In this document: positions 1 to 9,915 of the stretch, one piece after another
How positions within the stretch are numbered: position 1 is the stretch's first letter
Layout: every line of letters starts with the position of its first letter
Source of the DNA: Escherichia phage 520873
Direction: 5' to 3' (one strand)
Sequence record: NC_049344.1
Length of the DNA: 37,583 nt
Notes under the pieces: model-generated
What the model was told of the DNA's origin: nothing
What the model saw: only the letters and a program-made list of their open reading frames with translations
Database searches by the model: none
Translations under genes and position numbers: made by a program

Positions 1-20
1 CTGACACCCAATTTGACCTC

Positions 21-685
21 TTAATGCAGGCAGCACTGCTTAAATTTCTTACCACTACCGCACGGCAAGGATCGTTACGCCCCGGTTTCTCTTCTGCTTT
101 GATCGGTTGCTGAACAGCTTTTTCCTGCGGATGCGCCATCCAGTACGCATGTAGATCAAGCGCCGCCAGTCGAATGGCATCTACGCTCTCTTCAAACGCT
201 TCTGGCGACATCTTCTCTACCCGCTCGAAGTTTTCCTCAGTACCGTGCAGCGCTATCGCCTCCAGCGCTGGTTTTAACGAATCGGGCAATGTTGACCAGT
301 CAGAAAGTGCCACGCCCCGCATATAGCCAAAGCACCACTCCTCAACAATCGTCAGCTCGCTGCCATCAACTTCTCGCAAACCGAATAACGGCTCAAACTG
401 CTCCGGGAATTCATTCAGACGCTCTGCGGTATCGGCCATATGTTGAAAAGCCAGGTTCATAAAGCGCGTCATCTCTTTCTCTGACGCCCAGCGCGGCACA
501 TAGTCAGCCCCACCCCACACGGCAACCAGCCACTGTGCCGGTTCAATCTCTTGCGGAGAACTCAACACCGCCGTCAATAAACCGTCCAGCTCCGCCACAT
601 CAAGGATGGCGTGGTCAGTGTTGTATTTGGTCAGAATATCGTCCAGCCATTCCAACTCACTTTCGTTTAACGGTCCCGTTTTCAT
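21..685 (-). CDS. yecA: YecA (UPF0149 family, C-terminal SEC-C zinc motif); host chromosomal gene; apparent 1-bp deletion near 61-66
   Basis: Minus-strand translation from ATG (rc of 683-685) reads MKTGPLNESELEWLDDILTKYNTDHAILDV... continuously to ...KPGRNDPC, then loses frame; the expected CPCGSGKKFKQCCLH* is recovered by restoring one C (CCC read as CC). Span is 665 nt, not a multiple of 3; no intact ORF in the supplied track. Confidence 0.8.
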
Positions 686-811
686 ACGCTTTTCCTGTGG
701 ATCTCAACTCGCCAGCATCTATCTTACATGCCGGTCCGTATCAGAGATACTTTTTGAGTGGCTTTGCCGGTGATTAAAAATCAAGGAGGGTGTAACGACA
801 AGTTGCAGCAC

Positions 812-836
812 AAAAAAACCACCCGAAGGTGGTTTC
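812..836 (-). terminator. Rho-independent terminator downstream of the tRNA-Leu remnant
   Basis: On the minus strand GAAACCACC-ttcg-GGTGGTTT followed by a T7 run (plus strand A7 at 813-819). Confidence 0.5.
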
Positions 837-878
837 ACGACACTGCTTATTGCTTTGATTTTATTCTTATCTTTCCCA

Positions 879-929
879 TGGTACCCGGAGCGGACTTGAA
901 CCCGCACAGCGCGAACGCCGAGGGATTTT
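879..929 (-). other. attL core: 3' ~50 nt of a leuZ-type tRNA-Leu (anticodon loop 3' side, T-arm, acceptor CCA); 5' half absent
   Basis: rc reads TTTAAAATCCCTCGGCGTTCGCGCTGTGCGGGTTCAAGTCCGCTCCGGGTACCA, matching the 3' half of E. coli tRNA-Leu(TAA); upstream sequence is unrelated AT-rich phage DNA. One C short in the T-stem relative to the canonical gene. Confidence 0.6.
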
Positions 930-1038
930 AAAAACTATCAACCACAATTTATAAATCATAACCTTATGATTTTATTAACTTTGCAAATAGCTCTATACGA
1001 TGCCATTTGAATCTATTGTCACTTTTTATCGCCACTTT

Positions 1039-2039
1039 TTACCCTCTATTGTCAAAAGGGTTCAATTCAACTGCAGCCTCTAAATGACCTGGAGCAAAAT
1101 GCGCATAACGCATAGTCATTTTTATATCGCTATGCCCCAGTATTTTTTGCAACACAAGAATATTTCCTCCCCGCATCATAAAATGACTGGCAAACGTGTG
1201 ACGTAGCACATGAGTTAATTGCCCATCAGGAAGCTCGATCTTCGCTCTCTTAATTGCAGCGTCAAAAGCCTCATAACATGGTGAAAATAACGCTCCTCGT
1301 TTTTTAGGAAGCATAGCCTGCAATTGAGGTGAAATCGGTACAGTTCGGTTCTTCTTTCCTTTAGTTTTAACAAATGTGATTCGACCGGGCAGTACTTGAG
1401 ATTGCTTTAATCCTTCAGCTTCACTCCACCGAGCACCAGTCGCAAGCCCAATACGGACAACAACCCCCAAATCTTTATTCCGTGACTCATCACACGCAAT
1501 CAGAAGGCGTTCAATCTCATCTACATACAGAAACGCCAATTCCTTTTCTTCCTCACGAAACTTGCGAATACCAGTCAGGGGGTTTTCACCAGACCACTCC
1601 CCAAGGCGCTTCAGTTCGGCAAAAACAGCATGTAGATATGACTGCTCGCGATTAACGGTTGCTTCACTAAGTTTTTTCTTCCCCTTGGGATTCCATTCTC
1701 CTGATAACCTCCTTTCCGATAAGTAGCAAACATATTTTTGTCAAACTGAGAAGCAAATGGATCTCCCAGCCTGGAACAAATAGACTCAAGTTTGACTTTG
1801 CGCTCTGCACCAGAGGACAAGGTTTTACCGTACATCTCAAACCAACGAGCAACCAACTCAGAAAGACGAGGACCAGAACCATCTTGAAACTCGTCTCCAA
1901 CTCTACTATTCATTAAACGGCGCTCATAAGAGAGCGCCTCACTTTTTGTCGCAAACTGTTTACGAATGCGTTTTCCCGATGCCCCGTAAGGATAACATTC
2001 GCAAAGCCATTTACCTGATGGAATCTTACGAACCGACAT
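1039..2039 (-). CDS. int: P2-family tyrosine integrase; apparent frameshift near 1671-1690
   Basis: N-terminal ORF (1611..2039) and C-terminal catalytic ORF (1039..1539) align to remembered P2 Int (GKRIRKQF...; ...THVLRHTFASHFMMRGGNILVLQKILGH...MRYAHF). The frames join at a T6/C4 run; restoring one base gives a continuous ~330-aa protein. Confidence 0.85.
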
Positions 2040-2452
2040 TTTAGTTACTTATCACATAAATCAAATGCAGCCTTAGTGACATCTCCCAGATTCTTTTTTA
2101 ACCCTGGGCGGCATCATTATCTAGCCAAAAAGGATTATTGTTATCTAACGGTAACGCACCAAATGTTTTACCTTTTATTCGAGCCAAACCTGTAAGCGCA
2201 TATAACTTATTATCGTCAAAATTCATCACATAAGGATTACCATCTAGACACTGAACTGAACCTCATCAGTATTAAATGGCCATACCCCATTGAAACTCTC
2301 ACGTTCAATAGTTTTAAAAGGCATTGCGACGGCAGAAAAAGAAAACATAGATAAAAAAGTAACTAATAGTTGAACCTTTTTACTTTCATATCATTACCTC
2401 AATTTAGCTCAAGTAAGATTACAAATTAAAAAACATCCTAGAAATGGCACAC

Positions 2453-2800
2453 CTACCAAACCCCTACGCAGATAAAGAATATTATTTCTTTTGGATAAAG
2501 TCGGATTAATTCTGAAGCACGAAGTCGGACTTCTGGTAAGGTCGAATTCTCTGTGTTGCTTGATACCGATTGTTGCTCTAACCACGACAATGCAGACTGC
2601 AACTGAGAACGAGTAAGATCGTTTAAACGTCCTGTACCGAAATTGATATGGCAATACCGCAGAAGTTTTTGTCGAAGTCCACAGTCTTCACTGTTACGTA
2701 GTAATAAACTTACAAGAGTCTTACAGGCATCATGATCTTTACATCGCTCAAGCATTGCATGCAGAAAACTCTCCGCTGTTTTATATTGATTTACTGTCAT
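2453..2800 (-). CDS. Hypothetical protein in AT-rich cargo island (115 aa as called; may be a fragment of a longer frameshifted gene)
   Basis: ORF in track; AT-rich relative to prophage backbone; adjacent upstream frames (2800..3065) are open in shifted frames. Confidence 0.35.
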   Translation of the reverse strand: MTVNQYKTAESFLHAMLERCKDHDACKTLVSLLLRNSEDCGLRQKLLRYCHINFGTGRLNDLTRSQLQSALSWLEQQSVSSNTENSTLPEVRLRASELIRLYPKEIIFFICVGVW

Positions 2801-2897
2801 ATCATCAATACCAGCTACACCAATCTCCGCATGTACTTTTTGCCAAATAATAACGCTTCAGTATTGCTAGCTTCTGCAATAGCAGCAACCAAGCTAT

Positions 2898-3065
2898 TTA
2901 GCTCCTTGCGCTGAGCCTTAAGCAAAGGGCGATCGTCATCATCATTATTCGAAGGATTGCGATATTGACGGTATGAGAACCATCATATCGCCCTATCTGA
3001 ATATTCTTTTCGTGAAAATCACGCCCAGCAACGCGATTGTTTGAACCGTTTGAGTTGACGGCCAT
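2898..3065 (-). CDS. Small ORF (55 aa) with strong RBS; N-terminus repeats a motif from the repressor C-terminus
   Basis: GGGAGGTG-N3-ATG on minus strand; product MAVNSNGSNNRVAGRDFHEKNIQ...; motif NNR[IV]AGRD[YF] also ends the upstream repressor. Confidence 0.3.
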   Translation of the reverse strand: MAVNSNGSNNRVAGRDFHEKNIQIGRYDGSHTVNIAILRIMMMTIALCLRLSARS

Positions 3066-3080
3066 GTCACCTCCCTACTA

Positions 3081-3485
3081 TCACCTACCCTTAGTTTCGT
3101 TATAGTCACGCCCAGCGATACGGTTATTACCGCCAGAAATATTTAACTCACGTCCTGATGGCTGAGTTTCCTTTTCACTGGCCGCACCTTTTAAAGCCCC
3201 GATCACCGCGTTTTTCACATCTAACGAAGCTGCTCGAAAGCGAGTAATCAACTCCTGCTCATCATCGTTATAAGTTTCAGGTGAGTGAATTCCCAACACA
3301 ACATACTGAACATCAAGGCCAAAACGAGACAGCGCTGCCAAATACGCAGCATCAGGAAAGCTATCTCCTTTCTCATATCTAAGCTGAGTTAGCTTTTTGA
3401 CTCCACCAATGTCGCTCATAGCAACTTGACTAAGTCCCAATCTTTCCCTTTCCTCACGCAACCGCTGACCAATATCATTTTTCAT
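3081..3485 (-). CDS. XRE-family helix-turn-helix repressor (candidate immunity repressor)
   Basis: MKNDIGQRLREERERLGLSQVAMSDIGGVKKLTQLRYEKG... is a typical Cro/C1-type HTH; divergent from the early operon with a 74-bp intergenic region carrying palindrome GGTATC-N6-GATACC. The track ORF extends to 3530 with a GTG start. Confidence 0.6.
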   Translation of the reverse strand: MKNDIGQRLREERERLGLSQVAMSDIGGVKKLTQLRYEKGDSFPDAAYLAALSRFGLDVQYVVLGIHSPETYNDDEQELITRFRAASLDVKNAVIGALKGAASEKETQPSGRELNISGGNNRIAGRDYNETKGR

Positions 3486-3559
3486 ACAAAACCTTGACAG
3501 GTATCTTTTTTGATACCAGAATGATTTCACGAGCTATTAGATGATCACAATATATCACT

Positions 3560-3766
3560 ATGAAACAAGTTCTTCACGATACCAGATCACGCATTCCGCG
3601 TAACACCGCCACAGGTCCAAGACTGGCACTCCGGCTGTCCCTCGAGGAGCGAGCCGTCATTGATGAAATGGCAGCTAAAGAACAACGCTCATCCTCTAAC
3701 ATGGCGCGCATGATCTTCCTTCGCGGCCTAGAGCTAACCCAGAAAGAACAAAACAAATCTTCCTGA
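3560..3766 (+). CDS. Small DNA-binding regulator, ribbon-helix-helix-like (Cro/Apl-like position)
   Basis: First gene of the rightward early operon; RLSLEERAVIDEMAAKEQRSSSNMARMIFLRGLE resembles RHH/CopG-type motifs. Confidence 0.45.
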   Translation: MKQVLHDTRSRIPRNTATGPRLALRLSLEERAVIDEMAAKEQRSSSNMARMIFLRGLELTQKEQNKSS

Positions 3767-3782
3767 TCAGGAGGCTAATGGG

Positions 3783-3986
3783 ATGTCAGGTATAACCATC
3801 AATATCAATGTGAATGCCCCCTATGTATCCCTGCAGAAATATGCAGAGATAACAGGTATCCCTCTTAATACATGCAAAAAGATGTTGGCTGACGGTCGAA
3901 TTATTATCCGACCCAAACGCGCCAAAATGGAAAAGCCTGAAGTAAACCTTGTGGCGATGTTAAAAGACGCTTTGGCTAACAGCTAA
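3783..3986 (+). CDS. Cox-like excisionase/early regulator
   Basis: APYVSLQKYAEITGIPLNTCKKMLADGRIIIRP resembles remembered P2 Cox (IPYQEFAKLIGKSTGAVRRMIDKGKLPVI). Confidence 0.5.
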   Translation: MSGITININVNAPYVSLQKYAEITGIPLNTCKKMLADGRIIIRPKRAKMEKPEVNLVAMLKDALANS

Positions 3987-4007
3987 AACAATGAACAGAG
4001 CATCATC

Positions 4008-4357
4008 ATGAAAAAAACACTAATATTCCACACTCCAAATTTCGTAATGGCGTAGAACGCCACGCTAACCGTTTCGCTATCAGTACATCACGTAGCAACA
4101 CTCGCTACAGCCTGAGCGAGACGCACGCAACACCGGATGGTCACCCCGTAAAACAAATTGGCGAACACACCTGGCTGATTGAGAAAGCTGGAATCGTGGT
4201 TCACAGATGCCCACGCAATCCGTTTACCGGAAACCGCATTTTTGCCCTGAGCAGCGGCGACAATCAGTTCGGGCAAGATTTCACGTTGTACGAAGCACTA
4301 CGCACTGTTGATCGTCTACTGCGCGGACAGAATTTCATTAAACAGGCTGATTTATAA
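4008..4357 (+). CDS. Hypothetical early protein, recovered only if the A7 run at 4011-4017 is one base short
   Basis: ATG at 4008 yields a 15-aa peptide as written; adding one A gives a continuous ~116-aa ORF ending TAA at 4355-4357 (MKKNTNIPHSKFRNG...LRGQNFIKQADL). Confidence 0.3.
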
Positions 4358-4367
4358 CAGGTGCTTT

Positions 4368-4646
4368 ATGACCAAAGACCATGCTCAGGGTGTATTTATC
4401 CGCTTTATTGATTTCCGCGGTGAGCTGTTGTTGCGCGCATCAGCTATTGATGGAGTGGTTCCGGTAGATAAAAGCACGGCCACTTACATTTATCTGAACG
4501 GCACACGCCTGACCGTAGAGATTCCATATCAACCCGTATGCGAAATTATTAGCGAAGCTGAAAAAGCACGTCAGGTTAATGGCGATAAACCCTACCTCGA
4601 AATTATCTGCATGGATTCAGAAGCTGAAATTCAGAAGGCAGATTAA
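4368..4646 (+). CDS. Hypothetical early protein
   Basis: ATG at 4368 preceded by AGGTG; same frame as track ORF 4308..4646. Confidence 0.35.
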   Translation: MTKDHAQGVFIRFIDFRGELLLRASAIDGVVPVDKSTATYIYLNGTRLTVEIPYQPVCEIISEAEKARQVNGDKPYLEIICMDSEAEIQKAD

Positions 4647-4657
4647 AGGGCGTTGCG

Positions 4658-4900
4658 ATGGATAAAGAATATAAAACTCTCGTCAATAAAGCACTTGAGC
4701 GCTTTCATTTTCGCTTAAACGCATCAGGCGCTCATGCTGAACGCGCAGCCCGAGAGTCATTGACCAGAGCCATCAAGAGTCTGTACGACACGGCTTTTTA
4801 CGTTGATGACCCGGACGCGCTCGACGAGCTTTCCGTACTCGTCTGCGCCGCAGAAAACGGGGACCATATTGAGCCATATAAACTGGGGAATATTGCATGA
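4658..4900 (+). CDS. Hypothetical early protein (80 aa)
   Basis: ORF in track, tightly packed in the early operon. Confidence 0.4.
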   Translation: MDKEYKTLVNKALERFHFRLNASGAHAERAARESLTRAIKSLYDTAFYVDDPDALDELSVLVCAAENGDHIEPYKLGNIA

Positions 4901-5010
4901 GTATATTTATCTCATGGCTTGTTCTGATTATTTCGGTGGCCTGCGCTATTGGGATTATGCGAATTATTAATTCTGTAAAAAAGATTGAACGCTTTTTCAC
5001 TGAAGAATAA
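4897..5010 (+). CDS. Small hydrophobic peptide (37 aa), translationally coupled
   Basis: ATGA overlap with the previous stop; MSIFISWLVLIISVACAIGIMRII... is one predicted TM helix. Confidence 0.25.
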   Translation: MSIFISWLVLIISVACAIGIMRIINSVKKIERFFTEE

Positions 5011-5096
5011 CCGCGCAAATAAGACTCCAGGTTAAATAAGAAAATGTGAAAACAATCCGCATTCGCGGAGGTATTCGCACACGCCAAGGAGGCGTA

Positions 5097-5300
5097 ATGG
5101 CAATTAAGCATTTTCCTGTCGTTCGTTTCACCTCCAGAGGACGTGAATACGAAGTTGACGAACGCCTGATTACCACAATCGACAAACACCGTTCAGAAAA
5201 GGATGCACATCACATCTATCTCACTGACGGCACTTACTTCTGCGCCACCAACGTGGTGCAGGTGAATCTTATCAGACAGGTACAGGAGTCACGCAGATGA
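5097..5300 (+). CDS. Hypothetical early protein
   Basis: ATG at 5097 with RBS AAGGAGG (5086-5092); in frame with track ORF 5046..5300. Confidence 0.4.
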   Translation: MAIKHFPVVRFTSRGREYEVDERLITTIDKHRSEKDAHHIYLTDGTYFCATNVVQVNLIRQVQESRR

Positions 5301-5542
5301 CCATTCTGGACTACATCGCTGCCAATCCGGGTTGTAGTGGTGGAGAAATCGCCGCAGCACTGATTACCCCAACCACAACCATTAATGCGGAGTTACGCCG
5401 TCTCTGGCGCAGCGGTTCAGTCATAAGAAAAGAACGCAAAACAGGCGGTCGCTTTTCTTATCAGGTAAACCCGATGCCGTTTGGGTGTAGCAACCCACTA
5501 ACCCAGATGTTCAACCAGCTACTGAGGGAAATCAGAGCATGA
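5297..5542 (+). CDS. Hypothetical early protein, possible winged-helix DNA-binding fold
   Basis: ORF in track with ATGA overlap to the upstream gene. Confidence 0.4.
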   Translation: MTILDYIAANPGCSGGEIAAALITPTTTINAELRRLWRSGSVIRKERKTGGRFSYQVNPMPFGCSNPLTQMFNQLLREIRA

Positions 5543-5683
5543 GCACCTCCTACTGCCGGAAACCACGTCGGGCTTCAGCAGCTCATCCGGCAGCAAAACA
5601 AACTCCGTTAATTCCTGTTCCGGGCCTTTCCTGCACCTTGCGGCGGGAGGCCTTCGCACATCTGCAACAAGAGGATTGCCGCA

Positions 5684-6049
5684 ATGATTCTCGCCGAAAA
5701 CTTTTTTGATTACCTGCTGAAAACCGAGCGCGATTTTGGTATTCGCGTTCTCGACCGCTATGCAATGTATCTGAAATCACAGCCGGAACAGCAGCTCCCG
5801 GACGGACAGATTGTTATTGACGGGCGCTACATGGTTGGTAGCTGCCAGGAGGATTACACACTTTCCCGCATCGAAAGCGGCACGCCTTCCGTACTGGGTA
5901 TTTACCAGCGAACTTCATCTCTGATTGCTGATGTAATTGCTGACAGCATTCGCATAACACACCGTTATGCCAGCACAGAGAGCACCATGCAGGAAATCCA
6001 GCGGCTGGCTACCGTCTGCCACAATGCACTGAGCGGCAAGGCGGAGTAG
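5684..6049 (+). CDS. Hypothetical early protein (121 aa)
   Basis: ORF in track. Confidence 0.4.
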   Translation: MILAENFFDYLLKTERDFGIRVLDRYAMYLKSQPEQQLPDGQIVIDGRYMVGSCQEDYTLSRIESGTPSVLGIYQRTSSLIADVIADSIRITHRYASTESTMQEIQRLATVCHNALSGKAE

Positions 6050-6054
6050 TCGGC

Positions 6055-6516
6055 GTGGCAACGGAGTACATCAGAGACTGGCAACAACCACGCCATGCAG
6101 TCGGTCGCGAGGGGACGGGGGAGTCTGTCCGTCCCTCCCTTCTTTCTTCCTGGCTGGATGCCTACCGGGCAGAGAACGAGCGCCGCCAGGAAATGGCTGA
6201 TGCGGCGTTCTCCGCCGCACCGCTGGGCAATCTGATTAATAAAAGCCTGGACGCACAGGAAAAACAGGACAAAGCCATCACACTGGCAAGAGAAGCCAGA
6301 AAGCAGGCACGCGGTGCGGTGGATGAAGCAATTGCCGCACTGCGTCTGCTGCCGTCCTATCTGCGTGATCCGCTTATCCGCCATCTCTCTTTCCTGCGCA
6401 AAAACAGGAATCTGACCGCCAGAAAGGCAAAAAGAACCAGCAGGCAGAACGCTATGCGAGCGGAACCCTGCGCAAAATATTCGAACGTCTGGCCCGCACC
6501 GACCGTCGCTGGCTGA
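6055..6516 (+). CDS. Hypothetical early protein (153 aa); could instead be the 5' part of gene A if another indel is present
   Basis: ORF in track; the gene A frame is also open upstream of 6561 back to 6369. Confidence 0.3.
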   Translation: MATEYIRDWQQPRHAVGREGTGESVRPSLLSSWLDAYRAENERRQEMADAAFSAAPLGNLINKSLDAQEKQDKAITLAREARKQARGAVDEAIAALRLLPSYLRDPLIRHLSFLRKNRNLTARKAKRTSRQNAMRAEPCAKYSNVWPAPTVAG

Positions 6517-6560
6517 CTCCGGGTTATCGCTCCCTTGCCGGACGTGAACGTCTGGACGAT

Positions 6561-8875
6561 TTGCTGTACCTGCCACAGCTCAACAAGCACCAGATACAGA
6601 CGCTGGCCGTCATGACAGCGGCGATGTTCAGCAGCACCTTCGAAAAACTCTGCGATGACTTTGGCGCGATCGACGGCGAGCTGACCATGGATATAACGCT
6701 GAAGGCGTATCAGATGCTGGCCCGCATGGCGTTACATCTGCAGACAGTGCCGCCGCATTATGACGCACTGACAACAGACAAAGACCGGAAGAACGAACCG
6801 GACACGGAACTGCTGCCGGGTGCAATCCTCCGCCTGACCTGTGCGGACTGGTGGAAACGCAAATTGTGGCTTTTACGTTGCGAATGGAGAGAGGAACAAC
6901 TCCGCGCTGCCTGTCTGGTTTCCAGAAAAACATCCCCCTATCTGAGTCAGGACGCATTAAGTGAATTTCGCGCACAGCGCGAGAAAACACGCGATTTCCT
7001 GAAAAGTTTCATGCTGGAAAATGAAGACGGGTTCACGATTGATCTCGAGACGGTGTATTACGCGGGAGTAAGTAACCCGGTCCACCGTAAGGCAGAAATG
7101 ATGGCCACCATGAAGGGGCTGGAACTTCTGGCCGAAGCCCGTGGCGACAAAGCGGTATTTCTGACCGTTACCTGCCCGTCAAAATATCACGCAACAACGG
7201 AGAGCGGTCATCCGAATCCCAAATGGAACAGCACCACCATGCGCGATTCCAGCGATTACCTGGTTAACACTTTTTTAAGGCAGTCCGCAAAAAACTGAAC
7301 CGCGACGGCCTGCGCTGGTATGGCATCCGCACGGTGGAGCCACACCATGACGGCACCGTGCACTGGCACATGATGGTCTTTGCACATCCTGAAGAAATCG
7401 ACAGCATCGTGGACATCACCCGTGATATTGCCATTCGCGAAGACCGCCACGAGCTGGGCAATGACATAACTCCGCGCTTTAAGGCAGAGTACGTCGACGG
7501 TTCGAAAGGTACGCCGACCAGCTACATCGCCACCTACATCGGAAAGAACCTGGACAGCCGCGCCGTGGATGGCATTGACCCGAAAACAGGCAAGCCACGC
7601 GTTGATCACGAAACCGGAAAATCAATGGCCGAGAGCGTGGAACGCGCCATCGGCTGGGCGCGCCTTCACCGCGTCCGCCAGTTCCAGTTCTTTGGTATCC
7701 CCTCCCGTCAGGTATGGCGTGAACTCCGCCGCCTTGCCAGTCAGATGGCCCGCAGCCCGGAAGGTCCACAACGTCTGGAAAATGACGCAATGGATGCGGT
7801 ACTCGCTGCCGCTGATGCCGGGTGTTTTGCCACCTACATTGAGAAACAGGGTGGCGTACTTGTTCCACGCAAGGATTACCTGATTCGCACCGCCTACGAC
7901 CTCGCAGAAGAGCTGAACGATTACGGCGAGCAAAGCGTACAGATTTACGGGATCTGGTCGCCACAAATCGGGGAATCTTCCCGCGTGTGCACGCACCCGG
8001 ATAACTGGAAGCTGGTAAGACGTAAACCGGAAGCGGAAGACAGCGCCCGCGAAAATGGTTTTGACCTTCAGGGCGGCCCTGCCGCCCCTTGGACTCGTGG
8101 CAATAACTGTCCCCGTGTACAGGAAACGGACAACAACGGGACAGAACAGCCGGAAGAACGGCCAGCACCGTGGCCGCAGCTTCCTGACGGCGTTGACGTG
8201 AACGAATGGATGCGCTCACTGAAACGGCACGAACGCCGGGCGCTGATGCGTTCGCTTCGTGACAAACAGGCAAAAAACAGCAGCGATGAAATGCAGAACT
8301 GGACACAGAGCCGCAAACAGCCACAGCCTTTGCCTGATAACCACGAGTTACTCGCTAAAGAATGGCGGGAGTCTGCTGAATCTCTCGGCCTGCATATTGG
8401 TGAACAGCAGATGCAGCACCTGTTACGGGGCGGCAGTCTGTACGTTGACGGCAGCATCATTGCACCGCAGGGATTTGAAATTGTACGCAAACCGGATACC
8501 CGCCCGGACAGCCGAATCACGCAGCTCTGGCAACGCCTGAGCCGTAATCACGGCGTAAGCAGCACGGAGATCCGCCATAACCCGGTCGCCAGCTATCTGG
8601 AACAGCTGGGGGCATCAGACCCTGAAGCCGCCGCACGCCTGGCATCCACACTTCAGCAAGACCAGAACACCATGAAAACCCCCGTTACCGTGCTTTCTGA
8701 CATGCTGCGCGCCATCCGTGACGCAGAGCACGCACAGAGAATCAGTGAAACCACTGAACGCGCCCACCGCAAAGCAGACCTGCTGCGGGGTAGCCTGACC
8801 AGTGGAAACAAAAAACAGACAGAAACGGGACTCACAAATCCCGTAAATGAGCAAAAAACGTGCCGCGATATATGA
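6561..8875 (+). CDS. A: Replication initiation endonuclease gpA (HUH rolling-circle initiator); apparent frameshift at the T6 run 7271-7276
   Basis: Two ORFs (6561..7298, 7334..8875) totalling ~760 aa, similar to P2 gpA (761 aa); HUH motif EPHHDGTVHWHMMVF; the second frame is open back to 7268 and joins the first at aacacTTTTTTaagg. Confidence 0.8.
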
Positions 8876-8951
8876 AGCACGCACAAAACAGGCAAAAGAG
8901 GGATTTCAGAATCCCGTAAACGGTTAATTAATCAACATAAGGAAAATCGAC

Positions 8952-9911
8952 ATGAAAATTTGTATCGACGACGGCTCCACCAACATCAAGCTGGCATGGA
9001 CTGAGAACGGCGAACGCCGCAACGCCATCAGCCCGAACAGCTTCAAGTCGGAATGGTCTGCGCCGTTCGGTGGCACGCAGCCCGCGAACTACATGCTTGA
9101 TGGCGTGCGCTATGGTTTTGATCCGGTCAGCGATCGCTTTATCCAGACGACCGACACGCAATACCAGTACAGCGATGTGAATGTCATTGCCATTCATCAC
9201 GCGCTGGTCAAATCAGGCATCACGCCACAGGAGGTGGATGTGGTTGTCACCCTGCCACTGAGCGAGTATTTCGACACAAACGCACAGCCGGACATGGCCA
9301 ACATCAACCGCAAAAAAGCAAACGTTATGCGCCCGGTGGAATACCAGAACGGCGAAGCATTCACTATCCGTAATGTACGGGTTATGCCTGAATCCATTCC
9401 GGCTGGCTTTAAAGCACTGGCTGACATGAGTCCGTTTGAATCCCTGCTGATTGTGGATTTAGGTGGAACCACGCTGGATGTGGCAAAGGTTCAGGGACAA
9501 CTGGCAGGTATCAGCCAGGTGTTTTGCGATCCACACGTAGGCGTTTCCCTGATGGCTGATGCAGTACTGTCGGTGATGGCCACTAACGGTATGCGTACCA
9601 GTCACCACATCGCCAATACCATTATCGAACATCGCCATGATGAAGCCTGGCTGCGCCAGCACATCCACAATGACGCGCATTACGCCAGCCTGATGGCGGT
9701 TATTCGTGAAAAGGAAGAAACACTGAAACAACGCGTGATCCGCGCGCTGGCGGGTTTTTCGGGTTACGGGCGGGTGATGGTTGTCGGTGGCGGGGCGGAG
9801 ATTGTGGCACCCGCTATCCGCGAAGCCTGCGGAGTTAATGCGACTTTCATCGCGGACGGGGTGCCACAGTTTGCTCTGGTTAATGGGCTGTACGCAATGG
9901 ACAAGGAGTAA
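8952..9911 (+). CDS. parM: ParM/StbA-family actin-like segregation ATPase
   Basis: IDDGSTNIKLAW, ISPNSFKSEW, YSDVNVIAIHHALVKSG, MPESIPAGFKAL, LLIVDLGGTTLDVAKVQGQLAGISQVF, VMVVGGGAEIV, ALVNGLYAM align block-for-block with remembered plasmid R1 ParM; RBS AAGGA upstream. Confidence 0.85.
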   Translation: MKICIDDGSTNIKLAWTENGERRNAISPNSFKSEWSAPFGGTQPANYMLDGVRYGFDPVSDRFIQTTDTQYQYSDVNVIAIHHALVKSGITPQEVDVVVTLPLSEYFDTNAQPDMANINRKKANVMRPVEYQNGEAFTIRNVRVMPESIPAGFKALADMSPFESLLIVDLGGTTLDVAKVQGQLAGISQVFCDPHVGVSLMADAVLSVMATNGMRTSHHIANTIIEHRHDEAWLRQHIHNDAHYASLMAVIREKEETLKQRVIRALAGFSGYGRVMVVGGGAEIVAPAIREACGVNATFIADGVPQFALVNGLYAMDKE

Positions 9912-9915
9912 ACCA

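Noticed and set aside
535-907. Track ORFs 535..777 (+) and 719..907 (-)
   Set aside because: They overlap yecA in antisense and the tRNA/terminator region; no RBS or homology; likely spurious.
879-965. Intact tRNA-Leu gene
   Set aside because: Only the 3' ~50 nt match the tRNA; the D-arm and anticodon stem 5' side are replaced by unrelated AT-rich sequence, so this is an att core copy.
7479-8540. Long antisense and alternative-frame ORFs inside gene A (for example 7479..8324 -, 8068..8520 -)
   Set aside because: Shadow ORFs typical of GC-rich coding sequence; the sense frame carries the conserved HUH initiator.
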